From the NCBI GenBank assembly GCA_030704615.1, contig CM060732.1:41540001-41604000 (forward strand): a stretch of DNA of 64,000 bases. Direction: 5' to 3'. Position 1 is the stretch's first letter. Every line of letters begins with the position of its first letter. Shown piece after piece: positions 11,664 to 23,860 of the stretch. The notes under the pieces are model-generated. The model had not been told where the DNA came from and ran no database searches. It saw only the letters and a list, made by a program, of their open reading frames with translations. The translations under genes were made by a program, and so were the position numbers. The DNA comes from Takakia lepidozioides. Its lineage: Eukaryota; Plantae; Bryophyta.

Positions 11664-14600
11664 GATGGCTTCCTCTGAAGCGGAGTTCTTCTCAGACGAC
11701 AAACCAGTGCCTTTCTCCCAGGAAGTCCTTGACAATGGATTTGCAATTGTTCTGAACATGTCTTGGCTACCCTTTTCAGCTGCAGAATGGCTCCATCTTT
11801 TTGAGAAAGATGNNNNNNNNNNNNNNNNNNNNNNNNNNNNNNNNNNNNNNNNNNNNNNNNNNNNNNNNNNNNNNNNNNNNNNNNNNNNNNNNNNNNNNNN
11901 NNNNNNNNNNNNNNNNNNNNNNNNNNNNNNNNNNNNNNNNNNNNNNNNNNNNNNNNNNNNNNNNNNNNNNNNNNNNNNNNNNNNNNNNNNNNNNNNNNNN
12001 NNNNNNNNNNNNNNNNNNNNNNNNNNNNNNNNNNNNNNNNNNNNNNNNNNNNNNNNNNNNNNNNNNNNNNNNNNNNNNNNNNNNNNNNNNNNNNNNNNNN
12101 NNNNNNNNNNNNNNNNNNNNNNNNNNNNNNNNNNNNNNNNNNNNNNNNNNNNNNNNNNNNNNNNNNNNNNNNNNNNNNNNNNNNNNNNNNNNNNNNNNNN
12201 NNNNNNNNNNNNNNNNNNNNNNNNNNNNNNNNNNNNNNNNNNNNNNNNNNNNNNNNNNNNNNNNNNNNNNNNNNNNNNNNNNNNNNNNNNNNNNNNNNNN
12301 NNNNNNNNNNNNGGAGGGCAAATACTCGAAAAGCCTTAAGGGACTAGGTTACAATGGCGGGACTATTTACACGCACTGGTGGAGTATATGAAAGATTACA
12401 AGGTACTACCCAAAGTCTCCTATCATAGTTTCTGGCACAATCATTGCGCAAATAATCCTTGATTCTGGCATACTTGATGCGCAGAAAGAAAGGAATGGAG
12501 TGTTTGAGCCAGAAACCACTGCAATGAAAGAAGGCTCTTCACACATGAGGGTGGACTAGCAGGGCAACCCGGACTAAGAGGCAGAGACGGGTAAAGACTG
12601 TATTGGCGGATCCACTGCTTCACGGATTCCGCATGATAATGTTTCCCCAGCTCATGGCCAGGAAGGGGCACAGCAGCACACAGAAATGCTATTACTGGAA
12701 GCAGGACCTTCAGAGAGGGAGGAGGAAGTTACTTCTGTATCACAACCATCACAGCCAGCTGATCGACTTGTCACAAGGTCACAAGTTGTCCATGCAGCTC
12801 AACCAGAAATAATTTTGGGAAAGAGAAGGGTTAGATTTCCAACTACAGAACAGATAGTGGCAGAAATGGAGAAGGGGGACCTTCTCTATGAATATTCTGG
12901 TCTGGTCCAGGAGACAGAGATTCCAGAGGTGGCAACATTTGCCCAAGGAAAATCCTGAGGTGCATATATACACACACCTTTGTTGGAGGTACCACAGGCG
13001 GAATGTCATGACACTGTTCAGCACCGTGATAGATGAAGTGGTTCAGGAAGAAAATCCGGTGGGACAATGGCCTGAGTGGTTCGTGAGACATCACACTGTT
13101 GAGGATCAGGAGGAATAGCAGCAACCTAACCATGATGACCCTCACAGGCAATGCTGATGAGTTCCAATAGCATGACACTTAATTTGTTTGGGATTTATGT
13201 CAAATCCATGTTCCAATTACCCAATTGACAGCCTTGAGAGAGAACTCAGGAAGGAGTTTGAGGCTCGACTAGCCACTGAGTGTGCAAACAAGGTCGATGA
13301 AGGTCACTCTCAAGATGTAGCAGGACTTGGGAAATACAGAAGCGGCTTTGCAATGGCCAAGGAACAATTGATTGAGGCAGGCCTCGGCGCAAGACCAGTT
13401 GCACGAAGCACATAAGCAACAGCTACCCAAATGCAGGTGTAGCATGAAAGCAAGTTGCAAGAGTGAATGCACTACATACGGAGTTGCAGACAGTGCATGA
13501 CAGGATGGCAATACATGTGCTACATTCACAACTATGCTTGACCAATCTACAAAAGAAATAAACAGTCAAGCGAAAATGTACGAAGGCAGAAGAAGAGAAT
13601 GTTGAGCAATAAAGCTCATTGTCGATATGAAGAATACAATTCTGTCGCAATGAGGATACTTTCAAGCAATACATGCAGATTGAAGCTGATCAAGAGAAGC
13701 ACATCGTGGAGTTGCAACAAACCATCATGGCCAATAGAAATGAAATCGCGGTCAATAACAAGGCTTGGAAGGAAGCCATAATCTACTACTTGCTGCTTAT
13801 GCGCAATTGGTTGAACCTCATGCGAAGCGCATGGAGGCTTTACAACAACAATTAGAAGTGTCAAGCTAAGAGAGGAGGCAACTCTCAGGGGAACCACAAG
13901 CAACTTGGTGGATAACAGCCTTATTGCAGGTCTGGTTAGCACAAGGGCTAGTAGAGGGCAAAGCACCACGAAAGCTCACCCAAGCGAGATGAATGAGCTC
14001 AGGCTGGCAGGTGCAGACACATTGCCACAACTACTATAGACAATGTCTAATATAGATAAGCAGAGTTACAAGAGGATGTAGACGGACTGCAGACTCAAGT
14101 GGAGGACCTCCTTCAAACACTCGACAAAGAGTCTATATCCCTCAGGAACAGCTAATGGCTTCTTATTTACAAGCCAGAACTTTGGCTTTTCAGTCTTCAT
14201 AGGAGGTGCAGGAGATGCAATGATACAAGAGCCAGTACCACCACCACCACAACAAGTCACTGTACCAGAGCTGAACCTGTGGTTACTACAACCACACCAC
14301 AGCCACCACACCACAGCCTGAGGTAATGGGCAATGCTGCTTTTACCCACCTAAAAACTCCAGCTGCAAGGGAGTACAGTAGGGCTATGATTATGCCCTTC
14401 AACCAAATTCCCATCATGTTTGGATTTGGGCTTGGAAAGAATTTAGTCTCCGCAGTCATTCGCATTACTACAAATCATGCGTATTTGGCTGCCAGTGGTA
14501 ACTAGGACTAAAGTTCTTCCTTCCAACAATCGACATATTGAAGATCATCACTTTGCACAATACTGGCACGAGGCAGGTTACCATGTTGAGGAATTGATTG

Positions 14601-15400
14601 CTTTCCAGGTTGTACATGGACTCATTTATACCAAGACCAAGGAGGTAGCAAGTATTGTCATGGGATGCGGGTTATACTACGCTGCTGTGTTTTCTGGTAC
14701 GTTACCACATTGAGCAACAAAAGATGCAAACACGCTTTCTGAGTTATTCCAGTGGAGATCATTGGGTATTACCTTCGGTGCCACCTCATATGTACCTATA
14801 TGACCCAAAAGTTATGATGCAAAAGGATTCTCAAATTCGTTCATGGTTTCAAGCGGCCTGGAACAATTTGTCAACACAGAAATTCGGCATTGATGATATT
14901 TTCTATAAGGGACATGTGGCATGGAAATACTTGCACGCTGCACCAGTAATTGGTAACCCCCACTCACCTGGACAGACAGGAGCTTAGTGTCTACACCAAT
15001 TTTGCTGTTCAGCGGTTACACCAAGTTGTAAAATACAAACTTCCAGACATGGTAGGACAGCATTGTATGCCCCAGATGATCCACAAAAAGTTTGAAAATT
15101 AAAACACCTGAGAGGCGATGAGGATTCTGATACAACTGTTTCTTCACCGAATTCTTTTGACATGGGAGAAGACTATGCAGTTCAGATGGCAGAGAAGAAG
15201 CGACGGGGGTCTCATCTATGCCGGAAAGGTTATCTCGATATCAGCCTCCAGAGGGCCTCACTTATCCAGGTAGTGATCAACCATCTCCGTCAACCAAAGA
15301 CAGACCTCGGGCTCGTACACACAGTCCCCCACGAAACTCTTCAACGTCAAAAAGGTGCTCACTCACAAAGGTTTGCTAGTCGAAATCAGTAAACCGTGAG
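11664..15400 (+). pseudogene. Decayed accessory ORF of an LTR retrotransposon 3' region (coiled-coil plus W-rich domain, function unknown)
   Basis: Chain of broken plus-strand frames (MASSEAEFFSDD…; LERELRKEFEARL…; VPPHMYLYDPKVM…WFQAAWNNL…) leading directly to a PPT and LTR. No RT or integrase motif seen. Confidence 0.45.
11813..12312. other. Assembly gap (500 N)
   Basis: Run of N. The true length and contiguity are unknown. Confidence 1.
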
Positions 15401-15413
15401 GACACGACTTTTT

Positions 15414-16554
15414 GAGGGGGAAGGGGTAATGTTAGAGGACTGTCGGACTTAGACACTTATACGGGATTCTGTAGGGTACCCTTAATTTTTTGCACAGACT
15501 GAGACAAACAGGAGCCTTAGGGGTGACAGCAGCGCACTGTAGAGGGGGGTTACACAGCCCGTCACTCGTCACACAGCCGACACAGCCACACAGCCCGTCA
15601 CAGTCGTCACAGCCGACACAGCCGTCACACAGTCGTTACAGTCGTCACAAGCCGACACAGCCAACACAGCCCGTCACAGTCGTCACAGTCGTCACAGCCG
15701 ACACAGCCGTCACAGTCATCACAGTCGTCACACATCCGACACACCACACGCCCGTCATAGTCGTCACAGCCGACACAGACAACACAGCCCGTCACAGTCG
15801 TCACAGCAGACACAACCGACACAGCCCACACAGCCAGTCACAGCCCGACACAGCCAAACACAGTTGCACAGCCAGTCACACAAGTCACAGCCCGTCACAG
15901 TTTCATACACAGCCAGTCACAGCTTGACACAGCTGTCACGATCATAGGGAACGGAGAGCAGACGGGACGACTGTGGGGAACAACACCTACGAAGGGAACA
16001 TGTTAGTTCACAGACGACGGTTAGTGAGGGAACTTAGAACCACGGGTAGGAAGATAAAGGGGAAGCGGGGAATTTTGGCATATGATTCGGAGGAGGACTT
16101 CTTGGTCAGGGAGGAGGGGGATCGGGCAGAGATGAAGAACGGAAGTGAAGATAGAGAGATGATGAGTAGATGCTTGATATATGCAAGGCTGTAATGATAT
16201 TGTAGAGCAGATTAGAGACACAATGGCTTCGGCCTGATACCTGATAAATCATAATCGGATACTTTTACGATACAATCACACTGTGTAGAGAGATCTGAGT
16301 GAAGCTGTGGAATGAATGGATGAGTTGATGGAATCCAATAGATTGATAAAGCAAACTGATACTTAATTATCAATGGTAAGATAGCTAACATGAATGCCAA
16401 AGGGAAACAAATAGGAAACACCCCCATGATACACTAGCTGTAGGTCATGACTGATTGTTCTGCGCGGGCTGAGTACTTAGAGATTTCCAACTCTTCTATC
16501 TTGGAGTTTCCGCCTCGAATAGCGAAGGGATGGGTGAGAAAAAGCCGCGCAACA
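15414..16554 (+). mobile_element. Polypurine tract plus 3' LTR (TGTT…AACA, 15430-16554)
   Basis: TTTTTGAGGGGGAAGGGGTAA is followed by TGTTAG at 15430. The segment ends CGCAACA at 16554, exactly where the inverted-repeat homology resumes. Confidence 0.7.
15551..15940 (+). repeat. CACAGTCGT/CACAGCCGA minisatellite inside the LTR
   Basis: Dozens of 9-11-bp CACAG-based units. Confidence 0.9.
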
Positions 16555-17381
16555 CCGAGTCCCTATCCCCTGACTTTTTAGTGGCCAGCCGTAGGTGTAT
16601 CCAGCGTGGATCCGGTGTTCTAAAATACTTAGACTTAGATGCAGAGGAAGAGGGGATACATTGTACTGACTCTGAGTCAGACTGAACTGTATTCTTTTAA
16701 TATTCATTTTCATATTATCTGGAAAACGTTGAATCCCCTTCCTCCACCGTAGTTTTGTTCTTTTGAACAAATAATAATCACAGAATCAACTTTCGTTTAA
16801 ATTGCTATATGTATGAATCCATCTCCAAACCTTCCTGACTCTTCTCATATCCATTGTGCATTCATCTACACTGTATTCATGCGTGCTCCATTCATGAAAG
16901 CTTCCTTTGTACAACATCCATTGTACATTCATCCTCTAAACTCTTTAATCCACCCCACAAACCTTCCACACTCATTTCATATACGTTGTGCATTCGTCAA
17001 AAGATTTGGTCATGCATCTTCCTGTCATGAATTTTTGTCATTGCTCAACATCCATTATACTTCATCCATTTTACTCTTATCCATCCGTCATTCATCCATC
17101 TACATACATTTTTCACACTCATCCATCTGTTTATCATCCAACTGTACATTCATCCATCCTTTATTCAATGTCTTTTATTATGTCGTCCAACTTGTTTCCG
17201 CGGTAAAGGGTGCCAATCCGCGGGAATACACTCCACTTCTTTCTGGGCGCGTGGTGACGCGGCCTTCACGTGTGATGACGTGGACTGAGCCCCGTGACGT
17301 GACATTTGCGCAAGGTGACGTGGCGTGAGCGCAGTTGCGCTCACGTGCTCACGTGACCAGGCTCACGCCGAGGCATCCCTG
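16555..17381 (-). repeat. Right arm of 827-bp inverted repeat
   Basis: Ends …GAGGCATCCCTG at 17381. Its inner edge coincides with the …GCAACA end of an LTR, so the original arm may have been longer. Confidence 0.95.
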
Positions 17382-17384
17382 TGA

Positions 17385-18145
17385 TTTGTTGCCAGTGTCT
17401 GCAGTTCGTGGATACCAACAAGCCTTGCCAGCAGACATTTCGTTGCTGGGGGCGCAGGATTTGGAGCAGGTTGGCCCTGCCAAGGGCATTCATCAGCCGG
17501 GCATGGCAATGGATTGCGAGACTTGAGGACGGGGTCTGTTTTGGGAGATGGTGCGGGTTTTGCGCCACTTGTAGCTTCATCAAGCTGTATCTCCAGCATA
17601 CATCTTGGAGAATGTGCCACTGATGGGTGATTTTCGGGCCAGGGTGATGGCCAGTGTGTATCAAGTCCAGTCGTGGCTTGGGTCAGCAGTGTTGCTGGAT
17701 GCAGCTGCAGTGGGGTCATGGGCTCATCGTCCACGGCTATGGTGGACTAACTTGATGCCACCCGCACTGCTCAAGCGTGCATTTGATGGGGTGCAGCGGC
17801 CAACACACCTCACAGTGGATAGCATTTTGGACACAGGGAGGCAGTCTCAACGTGTGAGACACGATGACCGTTCGCCTTTGGCAGTGGTCAACAGGGTGGG
17901 TCAACCACGAGCAGCATTACCTACACTGCTCAGCTTCCCAAGATCCCATGCTTTTCGGGATGGTGGACCTGGCCTCTTGTGGGATAGCCAGTTGCAACAA
18001 TTAATGGAGCCCAATGCTGACAAGCGCGAGCAGGCAATGGGTTTTACCACTGGTACCACGGCGGTGCCATCTCTTTCTGAGGCATCACGTCGTCAGGTGT
18101 TGGGGCAAGCAATGGATCTCAATTGCTTGACCTGGATTATCAGCT
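17385..18145 (+). pseudogene. DNMT3-like C5-cytosine methyltransferase domain within the Gypsy pol
   Basis: Motif IV AGWPCQGHSSAG (PC at 17475-17480), GLFWEMVRVL, motif VI YILENVP, motif VIII DAAAVGSWAHRPRLWWTNL (cf. DNMT3 AHRARYFWGNL), motif IX REQAMGFTTGTT, motif X RRQVLGQAMD. Motif I is missing at the junction with the inverted repeat. Confidence 0.88.
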
Positions 18146-21100
18146 TGGCTATGGCTGGGCAGCGCAGAGTACGGAGTACACTTCCCTTCATGGTCTCTCT
18201 GCCTACCGAGACGGTACAGGCAGCGAGTGGGGGCGAGCAGGTGAGGACCACAAGGTGCAGGCTGCATCCATGGCACACGTGGGAGGTGCTCGAGGTTCAG
18301 AAGGAGTTGGCAGCCAAGGCGGCGGTGATGGATCAGGTTGGGGATTTTTCTCGGGTTGAGGAGGTCCTCAAGGATGGGATGATGGGGCAGGATGAGACAT
18401 TGTCACTGACAGAGGAGGCAGTGGTCACTGCTCAAGAGGTTGCAGCATAGCAGCCACGAGATGCGTCTTCTACCTCTAAGCCTGCTGGACTCAAGGTTGC
18501 AGTCACGAAGGACAACTGGGAGCCTGATATTGGACCTATAGTCACCGGAGGAGAGAGACGACGTATACAGCGGTTCTTGAGGGCTTACAGGAACTGCTTT
18601 GCCTTCAGTTTGAAGGACTTAGGAGCACTGAAGGGTCAAGAGATTCGCATTGAATTGGCTACTGACACACCAATCTTTTGGAGACCCTATAGATACAGTG
18701 ACATAGAGAGGTCCTTGATTCAGATGAGAACTCAGGACCTTTGGGAGGCTGGTTTGGTGGAGCTATCTGGGGGTGAGTATGCTTCAGCCACAGTGATGCC
18801 AACCAAGAAGGATGTCTATGGCAATTGGACGGAGAGACGTATGTGCGGTGATTACCGGCCTGTAAATCGTCAGACCAAGTCCGATAGATATGCTATGCCG
18901 ACACCAGATGAGATCTTTGATGCCATTGGGCATGCCAAGGTCTTTAGCACTTTGGATTTACGATCCGGATATCACCAGTTGCCGATCAAGGAGGCGGATA
19001 AGCAGAAGACGACATTCTGGGGGATCAATGAGCACGGGAAGGATTGCCTTTACCAGTGGCGGTTCTTACCATTTGGGCTTAAGAACGCTCCGGCAGAGTT
19101 TCAGAGAGTCATGGACAAGATTCTAGCAGGGGTGGAGTTTGCTTGGTGCTATATAGATGATATCATCATCTTTACTGCTACGGTGGAGGAGCATGAGAGA
19201 CACCTTCAGGAGGTATTTGAGCGCTTGAGGGCGCACGGATTGAAGTTACATCCGGGAAAGTGCAAGTTTTTCCACAACCAGATTGAGTGTCTGGGTCACA
19301 TGATATATCCTGGAGGATTGGGGGTATAGCAGACTAAGGTAGAGTCCATTGCACAGATTCCACGCCCCACGGATGGGAGCCGAGTTCGAGCTTTCATGGG
19401 GTTAGCAAACTATTATAGACGGTTTGTTATGGGATTTAGTGCCATTGCAAAGGCTCTAACCAAACTGACCAAGGTGGACCAGGAGTGGCAGTGGGAAGAT
19501 GAGCAAGAACAAGCTTTTCAAGAGCTCAAGGCAAGGTTGACCTCAGCGCCCATCTTGAGACGACCTATCAGGGGGCGTCTTTTTCAGCTACATACGGATT
19601 AAAGCATGCTGGGGCTTTGAGCGGTGCTCACACAGGTGGATGATGAGGGAAGAGAGTTCATGGTGGCTTATGCTAGCCGCTCGAACAATGCTGCCGAGTC
19701 TAAGTATAGCTTATATGAGGGAGAATGCTTAGCTGCAGTGTGGGCCGTGGCACACTTCAGGTGCTATCTATACGGCAATCTCTTCACCCTTGTCACGGAT
19801 CACCAACCACTCAAGTGGTTGATGGAGTCAAACAAGCTTACGGGGAAGCTTGCACTGTGGGCACTCACCCTTCAAGAATATGATTTTCAGGTTGTGCATC
19901 GACCAGGTTTGGTCAATCGCAATGCAGATGGGTTGAGTCGCAATCCATGCACGAGCCAGCAGGATGACACTGGAGCTCGGTGGCATGGTGAGACGGACGA
20001 GGAAATGGTGCCCGGATGACATGCATCTGCATTTCTGTGTATCTTGGCAGCGGAAGGCCAGGTTGGACCTGCAACAAGGATGACTGTAGATCAAGTGTCT
20101 GAGGACCCTGAGGCCAACAATGAGCAAGGTGACGCCAAAGATATACATGAGGATTCAGTTGTGTTGGACTACCTCCGCACTGGAGACACTGCAGCCATTG
20201 TGACTGCCAAGGAGAGGGATCGGATCCTACAACGAGCCAAGAGGTTCAAGTGGGAGGGGACACACCTGCTCCGAGTGTGGGAGGATGATCGAGTGAGGAT
20301 TGTGCCTCACCCAACACAGCGGGCACGGTTAGTGCGGCATGCCCATGAGGAGTTGGGGCATTTTGGGGTGCGACGCACTCATAGTCTTCTGCAGGGGCAG
20401 TATTGGTGGCGTGGTATGCACACAGACGTGCAACAATTTGTGGCTAGGTGCATGGTGTGTGACAGGGTGCGTGCTTCATTCAACGCCCCTACTCCACAAT
20501 TGCACCCTCTTCCGATCATGGGATTGGGCTACAGGTGGAGTCTTGACTTCGCAGGGCCGTTGCCACTGACCATGCGTCACAACAAGTACGTTTTGGTGAT
20601 GGTGGAGCACTTCTCCAAGTGGATCGAGTTGGTTCCGTTGCCTGATAAGGCTAGTGAGAGAGCTGCGTATGCATTCTTGGATTGTGTACTTAGCCGCTTC
20701 GGTGCTCCAGCTGAGGTACTCACGGACCAAGGGAGAGAGTTCTTGGAGGAGTTTCAGGCTTTGTGTGACAAGGCCTTGATAGACCACCGCACCAATTCTC
20801 GGGATCATCCTGAGGCCGATGGCTTGGTAGAAAGAGTTGTTCAGACAGTAAAGAGGGGTTTGCGCAAGTATGGCTTGCAGAAGGGACACCTAGGAGATTG
20901 GGACCTTCAGTTACCCTGGTTAGCCATGGGCTACAGGTTCAGCAAGCAAGCATCACTTGCCTCCTTCTCACCATACTTTATTCTCTTTGGCCGAGAGCCG
21001 GATTTGCCTACATCCATTCGTAGAGAAGCTGCTACAATTCTTAACCTTGACGATCCGGACGTGTGGGCACGTGCATGTGATCAGCGTGCAGAGCTGTTCA

Positions 21101-21441
21101 AGAAAGTCATGCCCATGGCTTTCGAGAACCTTGCCATTGCACAACATCGTGATACGTTGAGGTATGCTACCATACGTGGTGGAGGCTATCGTCCTGGTGT
21201 TCGGAGATTCAACCCTGGTGACTATGTCTATCTGCAGCAGACTGCTCCTACGACCTTGGATGTGACTGCAGGACGTACTATTTTGAGGGTTCGAGAGGTA
21301 TTGCCCTCAGGAGTCCTGATCTTGGAGGGTCGGGATGGCATGATTTGGAAGGACCATGTGCGTAATTGCGCGCCATGTCACCTTCCAAATGTTGATGGAA
21401 TGGTTGACCCAAACCTGGCAGTGATACCTGCAAGTTTGAGG

Positions 21442-21576
21442 TGCTTGTTGTGTGAGTCTGCTAGAGGGGCAGCCACCATGCTGGTGTGTGATCGATGCTC
21501 TAGAGGTTGACGTATGGGATGTTTGACTCCACCTCTTGAGATGGTTCCTGATGGGGATTGGTTATGTCCGCATTGC
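21442..21576 (+). other. PHD finger at the integrase C-terminus (decayed)
   Basis: CLLC…MLVCDRCSRG*RMGCLTPPLEMVPDGDWLCPHC follows the C4HC3 PHD consensus (GWH.. changed to G*R..). Confidence 0.85.
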
Positions 21577-21929
21577 ATTGGATAGTGGGAGTGGATACAA
21601 CCATGGAAGGCTAACAAGAAATGCAAGGCCAAGCTACTAGGAGACCTTGAACACACGAGATCTTGGCTCAAGTTCATAGATTGCAAGACGACGACTAACG
21701 ATGGGGCTACTCTTGTACCCGGCCTCTTGGTCTATAGAGTTTGAGTACAATAGGGACAGTGATGGAGGACTTAGTACGGCTGTGGCTATTACATCTTGTA
21801 GCTATCTGGAGTTAGAGGGACCTATCCACCAGCTAGGGGGGCGATTGTGACAGACTACTTTATTGTGCATATATGTGTGGTGTAGTTTGGACAGCGATGT
21901 AGTTGTGTAGCGATATGTATGCGCACGAC

Positions 21930-22235
21930 AAGGCCATACCTGCAGGTAAATGCAGTCTTCTCTTTGGAGTCCTCCATCAGTGGAACTTGCCAGAACCCAG
22001 AGGCTAAATCAAGGGAAGAAAAGATAGTTGCCCTATTAAGTTGGTCTAGGGTTTCATTGATACGTGGCAGGGGATAGACATCCTTTTTAGTCATGGCATT
22101 CAACCTTCGAAAGTCCACACAAAAGCGTGTAGTGCTGTCTTTCTTGCCCACAAGCACAATGCAACTAGCCCAGGGGGAAACACAAGGTTTTATCACTCCG
22201 GAATCCAGCATCTTCCTAATATTTTCTTGAATGGG
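21930..22235 (-). mobile_element. Second Ty3/Gypsy RT fragment
   Basis: GVIKPCVSPWASCIVLVGKKDSTTRFCVDFRRLN…DVYPLPRI…SLDLASGFWQVPL…KEKTAFTC. Confidence 0.85.
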
Positions 22236-22239
22236 CTAA

Positions 22240-22580
22240 AATCTTCAGAATGTGGTGTAGTTCATCCTCAATTGCCTGTTGCATTGTGAAGTGTGTTGTC
22301 ACCTCAAAATCTTGGTTCAAGTAGTCAACCATGTCTTTCATTTTTTTCTGCTCATCAAAAATGGTTGTAACAAGCTTTGGAGGATTGGGACAATAGTAAA
22401 TGCATGAGTCAGCACAACCTGCTTATAATCCACATTTTACCATAAATGTGTTGAACTCGTCTTGGACGCTCCAGATGCTTGCTTTGGCCCATACAGACTC
22501 TCAAGTAACTTGCACACTGTAATTTCTTGGCCAGCTGCTTGGAAGCCCTGGGGCTGCTCCATGAATATTTCCTCTCAGGA
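22240..22580 (-). mobile_element. Ty1/Copia RT fragment
   Basis: Reverse strand reads EEIFMEQPQGFQAAGQEITVCKLLESLYGPKQAS, matching Copia EEIYMEQPEGF…VCKL.KSLYGLKQA. Confidence 0.75.
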
Positions 22581-22799
22581 AATGTTATTAATGTACAGAG
22601 AATAGAGACCGGTGTAAGAAGTTTAATTGAGTAGCGATGGATTGAAGAGCTTCAAACCTAGATCGACAGGAGAGACTTTTGCAACCATGTCTGTATGTGT
22701 TTTTAAAGTGTGTTTTTCTTTTGAGAGAACCCCTTGACACAAGAAGAGGACAATGTTATGGTGACAGATCAAATTACTGTGAGACACCACAAACCATTA

Positions 22800-23330
22800 C
22801 ATTGGAACAATGTCATTTGAGTTGTGGCCCTTGGGCATCCTGTTTTCTCTCTTATATGTGTTCATAATATCCAGAGCAAAATGGTGTAGTAGAAATGAAT
22901 AACAGAACAATTGTGGAGAGTGTAGGGTGTATGATGTTTTAAGAAAAAATGGACCCTAAGCTTTAGGCAGAGGGTGCTCATACTGCAGTGGATGTGTTAA
23001 ATCGTATATGAACAAGAGTTCTTGAAATAAGATGACTTCACTTGAGGCATGGTGCCCAGTGAAGCCAGATATTGGCTATTTGAGGTACTTGCAAGCATTT
23101 GCTATATCATGTTCCAAAGGAACTAAGACACAAGCTACATCCAAGAGTCCAAAACGTATCTTCCTTGGATACAACACCAAGTCCAAGCCTATCGATTGAC
23201 ATCAAACATTGTGTAGTTACATAGATGTTTTGTTTGATGAAATGTCAATCCCAGTTGGTACTACATGAACAAAAGTATGCTGGAGGATCAAGTGTTGTCA
23301 TACCAGAGATTCATGATGATGATCCTGTGA
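22800..23330 (+). mobile_element. Ty1/Copia integrase fragment, decayed
   Basis: YPEQNGVVEMNNRTIVESV…L*AEGAHTAV.VLNR…VPKELRHKL…IFLGYNTKSK, with stops and frameshifts. Confidence 0.75.
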
Positions 23331-23860
23331 TAATGCCTATAGATGGTGCAAGAAAACACACTATATGTGTGCTTCACCCTCCCTTCTCAGTTACCTCATG
23401 TGAAAGGATTTGCTAACAACCCTTACTATCCTAGTGTGACTATTCACAGAGTGTCTATCCTTGACTTATACTATCTTATATTCTAACATAAGAAGCCATG
23501 GATCCATCTCAGAGTCAATTCTTGCATGCAGATGTATGACTGTGGGCTGGCATGCATGAGGCAAGGCTAGAAGCATTGCTATATATACGTGAGACGTCCT
23601 ATCCAAGTCTTCAATCTCTTTGTAGTATTTGCACTATTAGCTCTACCCGCAAGACCAAATTAAGTTCTCGCGTCTCTTTCCGTTGAGACGGTATGTGGGC
23701 AATGGTTCGTGAGTATTATGGCGACTATACCGGTCGACAGCGTCTGTTAGTGTCCAGAGGTCTTGTCTAGGTACAGCTAAGATTCTAGCTGATATACATC
23801 ATTCCAATATTCGAGCTGATACCTACATTTTCTTGCAGGTGCATTTATTCGAAGTTCTTG

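Larger units (their letters stand above)
4320..17381. mobile_element. ~13-kb putative long-TIR DNA transposon (MULE- or hAT-like termini) carrying a ParB-methyltransferase cargo gene
   Basis: 4320-5146 and 16555-17381 are near-identical 827-bp inverted copies beginning CAGGGATGCCTCGGCGTGAGC. No matching TSD and no transposase seen. The interior includes an assembly gap and a nested LTR-retrotransposon 3' end. Confidence 0.6.
17382..21930 (+). mobile_element. Ty3/Gypsy LTR retrotransposon: C5-DNA methyltransferase, RT, RNase H, integrase, PHD; decayed and 5'-truncated
   Basis: RT (RMCGDYRPVN, LDLRSGYHQ, PFGLKNAPAEFQ, YIDD), RNase H (LHTD…VAYASR…EGECLA…TDHQPLKWL) and integrase (HEELGH…CMVC, LDFAGPL, TDQG, ERVVQTVK) in Gypsy order. 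PPT AGGGGGGCGA at ~21836 and LTR start TGTGAC at 21846. Several in-frame stops. Confidence 0.93.

Noticed and set aside
11506-12391. Long ORFs of 181-277 aa in the ORF track
   Set aside because: Artefacts of translating through the 500-N gap.
15490-15927. Thr/Gln/His-rich and Cys/Asp-rich (metallothionein-like) ORFs
   Set aside because: Translations of the CACAG minisatellite.
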